A DNA stretch of 64,000 nucleotides from Nocardioides sp. (GTDB taxonomy: Bacteria > Actinomycetota > Actinomycetes > Propionibacteriales > Nocardioidaceae): positions 56,813-120,812 of the forward strand of contig NZ_JASLGR010000060.1 of the NCBI RefSeq assembly GCF_030150155.1, in the 5' to 3' direction. Under the pieces are notes generated by a model. That model worked only from the letters and a program-made list of their open reading frames with translations, did no database searches and was not told the origin of the DNA. Shown piece by piece: positions 57,738 to 64,000 of the stretch. Positions within the stretch are counted from its first letter, which is position 1, and every line of letters starts with the position of its first letter. The position numbers and the translations under genes are program-made.

Positions 57738-59441
57738 ATGGACGCATTTGTCATCATGCCGATCCGCAAGGAGGGCAGCGAGGAGCACCGCCACTTCCAG
57801 ACAATCTACTTCGACTACGTCCGCCCCGAACTAGAGAAGGCCGGATATGACGTAACACGGGCCGACGAAGTGGCGAAGGCTGGAGCAATTTCGCGCGACA
57901 TCGTCGAAAGACTGGCCACTGCGGATCTCGTCGTAGCCGACCTCACGGACCTCAACCCGAATGTGTTCTACGAACTAGGCATTCGTCACGCACTCAGGGC
58001 CCACGGAACCCTGATCATACGCGACGAAGACCGGACCCCGGATCTCCCATTCGACCTCGCGTCCTATCGCATCCACACCTACGGCACTTCCTCGATCTCG
58101 GCCATCTCGCCCCTCCGGACCGCCATCTCGAACTTCTTGAAAGAGACCACGTCAGAGCCCGAAGAGGGTCGGGTCTCAGAGAATCCGGTCCACGATTGGC
58201 TTCCAAGCCTCCCCAGCAACGTCGTCACCGCCACCCTCGGCTCAGAGGAGGGTCAGTTACGAAAAGAACTCGGTCGCACCAAGCGTGAACTATCCAAGTA
58301 TTCCAAGAAATACGGATTGATCGAGGACAAGAACCAGCCAGCGTCGCCTGGAAAGATCATCAGCGATCTGCTCGGAAAGGCCCGCGAGGGAAAGCTTCCG
58401 GTCGATCTCTTCAGGACCGCAATGAATGCCGTCACGGCCCAGGACCGCGTCGGGTTCCTGGAACACGTGGCCCAGATCCTCGACGACGACTCGACCGTGC
58501 TCGCCTCGAAGGACTACATCCGGCTCATGAACGGGTCAGACAAGCTCGGCGTTCCGGAAGCACGCATTCCGATCGCACAGGCCGCAGTGCAGGCCTACCC
58601 CCACGACACACAGGTTCGCCGGCTGGTTCTCGGCCAATTGGCCCACAGTCACCGGAAGGAGGACCGGGAACGCGCGCGTGAGGAGCTTTTCAAGATCCTC
58701 GAGATCTCAGTCTCCTCGGATGGATCCGTCACGATCGGTGCGCCTTTCGATCTGCTCGACGATCATGTCGGAGTTGCACTTGACAGCCTCCACACTGACA
58801 ACATGAACGACCTAGCCGCGTCGATCACGCTGGAAATGCTTCGAAAGTACCCCAAGAGCGACGTCGCTATTCGCAACTACGCTCGCGCCCAGGAGAGAAT
58901 CGGCCATCTGCAGATTGATCTCTTCCGCGCTGCAGCCACAGCGCCGGGGGCATCCGATGTTTCGATGATCTGGCTAGGAAACACGTTGCACAACATGCGC
59001 CAGCATCGCGATGCACTCGAAAGCTATCTGCTCGCCTGTCGGACTGACGCGTCAGACGCCACGAATTGGACCCGCGCGATCGAGAGCACCTCGAACTGTG
59101 TCAGCGAAGGAATCAACGCCTGGGGCGAGCGCGACGCCTCGTGGCCGCTCGAGGTGCTGACGCTCATCGTCAGGGCAGCCATCGCCAGTGGGGTCACCCA
59201 GTCCAACATGGATACCATCCAGCGCGCTCTTGAGAAGGTCGGGCTGACCAACCTGCTGAACGGCAACTTTGACCCCTTCCTTCCAACTGGTGGCCTCGCG
59301 GAGGAACTGGCGCCATTGCCTGACGCCGAGTTGGCCAGTGGCCGGAGAGAGTTGGCCAATCTTCTGTACGAAATGGTCCAGACAGAACTGACCGACCCGG
59401 CCAGGGTGCCGCCGATCCAGATACCCGAGGTTGCCCTCTAG
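57738..59441 (+). CDS. Nucleoside 2-deoxyribosyltransferase/deoxyribohydrolase-like (TIR-like fold) domain + coiled coil + TPR-like repeats; candidate defence protein
   Basis: 'AFVIMP', 'RADE', 'I..RL..ADLVVADLTDLNPNVFYELGIRHA', 'LPFD'; helical C-term 'WLGNTLHNMRQHRDALESY'; codon usage atypical for host. Confidence 0.75.
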   Translation: MDAFVIMPIRKEGSEEHRHFQTIYFDYVRPELEKAGYDVTRADEVAKAGAISRDIVERLATADLVVADLTDLNPNVFYELGIRHALRAHGTLIIRDEDRTPDLPFDLASYRIHTYGTSSISAISPLRTAISNFLKETTSEPEEGRVSENPVHDWLPSLPSNVVTATLGSEEGQLRKELGRTKRELSKYSKKYGLIEDKNQPASPGKIISDLLGKAREGKLPVDLFRTAMNAVTAQDRVGFLEHVAQILDDDSTVLASKDYIRLMNGSDKLGVPEARIPIAQAAVQAYPHDTQVRRLVLGQLAHSHRKEDRERAREELFKILEISVSSDGSVTIGAPFDLLDDHVGVALDSLHTDNMNDLAASITLEMLRKYPKSDVAIRNYARAQERIGHLQIDLFRAAATAPGASDVSMIWLGNTLHNMRQHRDALESYLLACRTDASDATNWTRAIESTSNCVSEGINAWGERDASWPLEVLTLIVRAAIASGVTQSNMDTIQRALEKVGLTNLLNGNFDPFLPTGGLAEELAPLPDAELASGRRELANLLYEMVQTELTDPARVPPIQIPEVAL

Positions 59442-59450
59442 ATCCTCCTC

Positions 59451-59489
59451 CCCCGACCGTGCGCCCTAGCCCTGAGCGCACGGTCGGGG
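59451..59489 (+). terminator. Hairpin after NDT-TPR gene
   Basis: CCCCGACCGTGCGC...GCGCACGGTCGGGG 14-bp stem. Confidence 0.65.
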
Positions 59490-59709
59490 TCTCCGGGCAC
59501 CGCGGGCGCAGGTGTCCCGCAGGCCGACTACGTCGGCCAGCACGGCAGGTCGTCGACGAGTGACGCCAAGATCACACTCCGAACCCCCGTCGTCCGTTTC
59601 TGGGTAGGGCCCGCGCGGCTCGATAATTGAGCCATCCCCCGCCACCTTCGGCTGGCTTTGCCATGCCCGAGAGCACCCATCTCCTCACCCCGGAAAGCAG
59701 CTCGCCCTC

Positions 59710-60105
59710 GTGTCGCCCATCGTCGTTCTCGGCGCCTTCGGAACCCTCTTCTCCACCATCACGATCCTTCCCCACGTCGTCCGTGCGATCCGCACGAAGA
59801 AGCCTGGCGGCTCGCCCCTGGCCTGGGCGATGGGAGCCACCGGCGCGGTGGTCTGGCTGGCCTACGGGATCGCGTCCGGCGATCCGCTGGTCGGCGCTCC
59901 CGGTGTCGTCACCATCCCTGCCGGCGTACTGCTCACCATCTGGTCCTCCCGCGAAGGCGCCACCCGCGCCGCACCCATCACGATCGCGGCCCTACCGGTC
60001 GGTGCGCCGCTCCCGGTTCCGGCCGCGGCCGCGAGCACTCCTCCCGTCGCACCAGCGATGAGCGAGGCCCTGCCGCCGACGCTGGAGATGCCGGCCGTCG
60101 CGTGA
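59710..60105 (+). CDS. SemiSWEET/PQ-loop-like small membrane protein
   Basis: 3 TM, 'ILPHVVRAIRTK..G.S', 'WLAYG', Pro/Ala-rich tail. Confidence 0.6.
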   Translation: MSPIVVLGAFGTLFSTITILPHVVRAIRTKKPGGSPLAWAMGATGAVVWLAYGIASGDPLVGAPGVVTIPAGVLLTIWSSREGATRAAPITIAALPVGAPLPVPAAAASTPPVAPAMSEALPPTLEMPAVA

Positions 60106-60129
60106 GCCGTGGCGCCGCTCATGTCCCCA

Positions 60130-61158
60130 TCATGAGCGGCGCCGCCACCAGGGTGCACGCCGCACACTCCACCGCATCCCCATCAGCACCGCAGCGCACA
60201 CGATCGGTCGTGAGAGCGCGGTGCCGAGGTTGGCGCCATCGGGCGCCAGAGCGACGACGTACGCCGCCGCCAGCCCGGCCAGCGCCAGGAGCATGGTGAT
60301 GATCGCCACCGGCTCTCGGCGCCACTGCTCTGCCGCAAAGCGTCGGACTCCGCGCGGAACGCCTCGCCCCACCCAGGCGGCGTAGGCGACGGTCACCGCC
60401 GTACCCACCAGCGCCGTCACCAGTGACGTGGTCCGCGTGCCGGTCTCGCGGTTCGCGGCGACCGTCGTCGCCAGCACCGTTGCGGAGGCGAGCAGGTACA
60501 GCGTCAACGTCACGTTCACCAGCAGCAACCCGAGGTTGCGCCGTGGTACGTCGTCCTGCGGGTCGAACTGGAGGGCGGCGGCGAAGCCGCGTGAGGCTCG
60601 CAGCGGGTTGGAGAAGCCACCGAGGACCGTCAGGTTGTTCATCGCGCTGGAGTGCTGTGGGTCCAGCTCGAGTGCCTGCCGGTAGGCGGCTCTGGCCCGC
60701 GCCCGCCTGTTGCGCCCCTGGAGCACCACACCCAGGGCATAGTGGGCATCCGCCTGCCCGGGCGCCAATGACACGAGGTGCCGCGCGGCCTCGACGGTAC
60801 TGGCGCGTGGCCCTCTGGCCGCCATCATCGAACTGACGAGCTGCAGATGACACAGCCACTCGTGCGGCGAGCATCGAACCGCTGCCAGTGCCGCCTCGAG
60901 TGACTCCTCGCGGTGGCCCTGCTTGTTCAGCACGCTGGCTCGCAGCCGGTGACCCCATTCATTGTCAGGGGCAAGCGCGACCATCGTGTCGGCGCATCTG
61001 ATCGCCTCGACCAGAAGCTCCTCCTCGGACAGGCATTGTGCACGGTAGCCGAGCAGCAGCACGTTGTGCGGGTCGTTCGCCAGGTCGGTCTCCGCCACCT
61101 CACGCGCCTGCGCCCACCGGTTCAGCTCGACGAGATCACGCACTCGCTCGACGCTCAC
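60130..61158 (-). CDS. TPR-repeat protein with C-terminal TM helices (paralog 2)
   Basis: 'AHYALG', 'AYRQALELDPQH..AMNNL'; about 4 C-terminal TM; GTGA overlap. Confidence 0.85.
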   Translation of the reverse strand: MSVERVRDLVELNRWAQAREVAETDLANDPHNVLLLGYRAQCLSEEELLVEAIRCADTMVALAPDNEWGHRLRASVLNKQGHREESLEAALAAVRCSPHEWLCHLQLVSSMMAARGPRASTVEAARHLVSLAPGQADAHYALGVVLQGRNRRARARAAYRQALELDPQHSSAMNNLTVLGGFSNPLRASRGFAAALQFDPQDDVPRRNLGLLLVNVTLTLYLLASATVLATTVAANRETGTRTTSLVTALVGTAVTVAYAAWVGRGVPRGVRRFAAEQWRREPVAIITMLLALAGLAAAYVVALAPDGANLGTALSRPIVCAAVLMGMRWSVRRAPWWRRRS

Positions 61159-62174
61159 CGGTGGCTCCGACTGCGCAGGACGACCCAGCGGACTCCGAGG
61201 ATCACCAGCCCCAGCAGAACGGGGCGCAGAGCGATCGGGGTGATCTGCGGGCCCGCCTCAGCGAAGCAGACCACATAGGCCACCACGACGGCGGCCACCG
61301 CGAGCAGCGTGTTCCACTGCGCCGTCCCGGTCTCCTTCCACACCGACCAGGCATAGCGACGGACGCTGCGGGGCACTCCGCGTGCCGTCAGGCCGACGTA
61401 CCCCACGAGTGCGGCTGTCACACCGACCGCGGCCAGGTAGGTCGGCACACCCGGACCATCGTTGACCTTGACGACGATGCCGGCCGCGATCAGACAGCCC
61501 GCGCCGAGCAGGTAGAGCAGCAACGTGAAGTTGAGGACCAGGAGATCGAGGTTCTCCCGGGCCACGCCGATCTGCGGATTGATCCGCAGCGCCGAGGCGA
61601 ACCCCCGCGAAGCTCCGACGATGCGGTAGACGCCGCGCAGCACGGTCAGGTTGTTGATCGACGCGACGTGCTCGGGGTCGATGGCCAAGGCCCGCTCGTA
61701 GGACGCCCGCGCTTCGGCGACCTCGTTCCGCTCAGCCAGGACGACCCCTGTCAGGAAGTGCGTGTCAGGCTCGTTCGGGGCCAGGCTCACCGCCCGCCGT
61801 GCCGCGGCCAACGCCTCCACGGAAGGGCCGTTGACCTCCATCTCGGCGTCGGCGTACCGCACCTGGGCGAGCCAGGAGTGGGGCCCACACAGGACGGCCT
61901 CACGGGCGGACTCCAGCGCTTCCTCGGGGTGACCGCGGAGCCCCAGGATCTGCGAGCGCAGCCGGTGACCCCATTCCGCCCCCGGCCTGGCCGCGACCAT
62001 CGCGTCCGCGATGGCCGAAGCGTCCACCAGCGCACCCAGCTCGCACTGGCACAGGCAGGTGTACCCCAGCAGCTCCTCGTTGCCCGGGTCGCTCGCCAAC
62101 GCCGTTCGTGCCACCTCCAGGGCCTCGGTCCACCGACCGAGCTCGATCAGGTGGCGAACACGGTCGACGCTCAC
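61155..62174 (-). CDS. TPR-repeat protein with C-terminal TM helices (paralog 1)
   Basis: GTG start overlapping the ATPase TGA; 'SYERALAIDPEH..SINNL'; collinear with paralog 2. Confidence 0.85.
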   Translation of the reverse strand: MSVDRVRHLIELGRWTEALEVARTALASDPGNEELLGYTCLCQCELGALVDASAIADAMVAARPGAEWGHRLRSQILGLRGHPEEALESAREAVLCGPHSWLAQVRYADAEMEVNGPSVEALAAARRAVSLAPNEPDTHFLTGVVLAERNEVAEARASYERALAIDPEHVASINNLTVLRGVYRIVGASRGFASALRINPQIGVARENLDLLVLNFTLLLYLLGAGCLIAAGIVVKVNDGPGVPTYLAAVGVTAALVGYVGLTARGVPRSVRRYAWSVWKETGTAQWNTLLAVAAVVVAYVVCFAEAGPQITPIALRPVLLGLVILGVRWVVLRSRSHR

Positions 62175-63421
62175 AGACGGCGTCGCTTGCGCAGATAGGC
62201 ACCGAGCTCGTCGTAGGTACCGTCGTCGTTCGCGAACATGACCACGTTGCGCGCGGTCTCGAACCACGGCCCACCCGAGGGCCGTACGTCGTCCAGGGCC
62301 GCCTCCACCTCAGCCTGCCCGATCAGATGCAGATCGCCGCTCTCGGCGGCCTGCATCAGGGCGTTCTCAGCCGCCGCCTCGCAGACGTAGGCGATGTCGG
62401 CGCCCGTGTAGCCCTCCGAACGCTTGGCCAACCGGTTGACGTCGATGCCGGCCACCGGCCGGTCGACCAGGTGCAGACGCCAGATCGTCTCCCGCGCCTC
62501 CTGATCGGGAGGAAGCACCAGCAGTGTCCGGTCGAAGCGCCCGGGCCTCCGGAGCGCGGGGTCGACGTCCCACGGCGCATTGGTGGCAGCCAGCACGTAG
62601 ACGCCGTCGTTCTTCGCCTGGACTCCGTCGAGCTCGAGCAGCAGCTGGTTGACGGCCGAGCGCATCCCGTCCGAGGTCAGCGAGCTTCGCTTGTGCCCGA
62701 TCGCATCGACTTCGTCGAGGAAGAGAACGCAGGGTGCCGACGCGCGCGCCACCTCGAAGAGCTCGTGGACGTTCTTCTCGCTGTTGCCGATGTACATGTC
62801 CAGGATGTCGGCCAACGACACCGCAAGGAACCGGGCGCCCATCTCGCCGGCCAGCGCGCGGGCGATGTAGGTCTTCCCGCATCCCGGCGGGCCGTAGAGC
62901 ATCAGTCCGCCACGCAGCGACTTGCGATACATCGTGCGCAGCTTCTCGTTGCGCAGCGGGGCCAGGAACGCGGCGTTGAGGCGCTTCTTCACCTCGCTCA
63001 TCCCGCCGACGTCGGCCAGCGTGAGGCCCGCACTCTCGACGTCGTACGCCGACACCTCCGACTCCTCGGCCGTGGAGGTGGCGAACATCGGCGGGAGGAT
63101 CGGGCCGAGGTCCGACTCGGCCTGATGCCAGTCGTACTCGACCTCGTACTCGTCCACCTCGTCGCGTTCGGACCGCGCTGCCACCGACTCGGTCGCAGTG
63201 ACCGGGGAGGCCGCAGTGCCGCCGAGCGCCGCAGCCATGAGCGCACCGGCCCGAGCATCGTCAGGCTGCCCCTGCAACAGCACTGCCAGGTGCGCGACGG
63301 CCTCCGTTCCTCGCCCAGCCGCCACCAGGAGCTCAGCCAGGTGAAGGCGCACAGGCGCGTTGTCGGGATCCGCCTCGACGGCCCGGACCAGACCGGTGAT
63401 CAGCGGGTCATCGTCAGTCAT
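62171..63421 (-). CDS. Single-ring classic-clade AAA ATPase (CDC48/Vps4-like) with N-terminal TPR-like domain
   Basis: 'DVGGM', GPPGCGKT, 'LFLDEVD', 'NQLL.ELDG', SRH 'ATNAPWDVDPALRRPGRFD', 'GYTGADI'; TAGGAT-7nt-ATG leaderless start at 63421. Confidence 0.92.
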   Translation of the reverse strand: MTDDDPLITGLVRAVEADPDNAPVRLHLAELLVAAGRGTEAVAHLAVLLQGQPDDARAGALMAAALGGTAASPVTATESVAARSERDEVDEYEVEYDWHQAESDLGPILPPMFATSTAEESEVSAYDVESAGLTLADVGGMSEVKKRLNAAFLAPLRNEKLRTMYRKSLRGGLMLYGPPGCGKTYIARALAGEMGARFLAVSLADILDMYIGNSEKNVHELFEVARASAPCVLFLDEVDAIGHKRSSLTSDGMRSAVNQLLLELDGVQAKNDGVYVLAATNAPWDVDPALRRPGRFDRTLLVLPPDQEARETIWRLHLVDRPVAGIDVNRLAKRSEGYTGADIAYVCEAAAENALMQAAESGDLHLIGQAEVEAALDDVRPSGGPWFETARNVVMFANDDGTYDELGAYLRKRRRL

Positions 63422-63462
63422 GTTCCGCATCCTAGGGGCCATCAGCGGGCTAGGTTCTCCTT

Positions 63463-63882
63463 ATGACGCCCCGCCCCCACGCCGTCGTCGCCGGCTGGAA
63501 CGGCTTCATCGGTCAGCGCCTGGTCACCGATCTGACCGCGCGTGGCTATGACGTCGCGCGGGTGGGTCGCAGCGGCCCGGAGGGGCGCTGGGACGACCAG
63601 GCCACGCTCAACCGCCTGGTCGACGGTGCCGAGCTGGTGATCAACCTGGCCGGGAAGAACGTCGGCTGCCGCTACACCGACGCCAACCGGGACGAGATCC
63701 TGCGCTCGCGGGTGGAGACCACCCGCCAGGTCCACGACGCGATCGCTGCGGCGGGCGCTCCGCCAAGGCTGTGGATCAACGCCAGCACCGCGACGATCTA
63801 CCGCTATGCGCTGGACCGCCCGCAGACCGAGGCTGACGAGGAGTATGGCAGCGACTTCTCCGTCGGCACATCACGGAGATGA
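63463..63882 (+). pseudogene. Truncated TIGR01777-like NAD-dependent epimerase
   Basis: 'AG.NGFIG', 'INLAG', 'I..SRV.TT', 'NASTATIY', then stop after 139 aa just past 'GSDFSV' (family about 300 aa). Confidence 0.6.
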
Positions 63883-63888
63883 GGTTCG

Positions 63889-64000
63889 ATGTCCCACCGT
63901 TTCGTCAACCGCGACCGTATCGAGGCGCTCGATCCTGAGCGCGACGCACGGGACATCTACGCGCTGAGCGCCACCGAGGACTTCCCCTGGGACTACGCCC
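63889..64000 (+). CDS. MpaB/DUF2236 (ER-bound oxygenase-like) protein, 5' end only
   Basis: GAGG RBS; MSHRFVNRDRIEALDPERDARDIYALSATEDFPWDYA. Confidence 0.55.
   Translation, partial: MSHRFVNRDRIEALDPERDARDIYALSATEDFPWDYA

Noticed and set aside
57119..57794. ORFs overlapping 57.1-57.7 kb
   Set aside because: The region is the RNase P RNA gene and its flank; the ORFs are spurious
57551..59545. Possible att/target duplication flanking the NDT-TPR gene (CGCAGGC...GTCGGCC)
   Set aside because: Similarity is only short GC-rich words and there is no integrase or transposase in the window
59641..59656. UUCG-loop hairpin upstream of the SemiSWEET-like gene as a riboswitch
   Set aside because: Short imperfect stem with no recognisable riboswitch consensus

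Overview
High-GC actinobacterial chromosome segment (Nocardioides-like by gene content; inferred). A conserved core (glnE-glnA2, nadE, panB, RNase P RNA) is interleaved with accessory blocks. From left to right: the 5' half of a Wadjet (jetA-jetB) locus; a CitAB-type two-component system divergent from a NitT/TauT ABC transporter; a putative envelope-glycosylation module (COG4705 protein, PIG-L deacetylase, GT4, flippase-like protein, GT2/GT-C fusion) whose four promoters share a CAGGTT-N5-CAG direct repeat at identical spacing, pointing to control by the adjacent OmpR-type system; a satD-satE pair with three 28-bp-phased palindromic operators; a Wzy-type exopolysaccharide locus with an embedded GH6 glucanase, several fusions and a degenerate Wzc kinase; and, downstream of rnpB, a compositionally atypical NDT/deoxyribohydrolase-like + TPR gene (candidate defence effector) and an operon of a classic-clade AAA ATPase with two paralogous TPR-membrane proteins. 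A dispersed 22-bp tandem repeat (GCCGACTTCCGGGTTCACCACC) occurs in five arrays, each starting at a stop codon in the same orientation as the gene. All family assignments come from motif recognition by eye; no database search was run.
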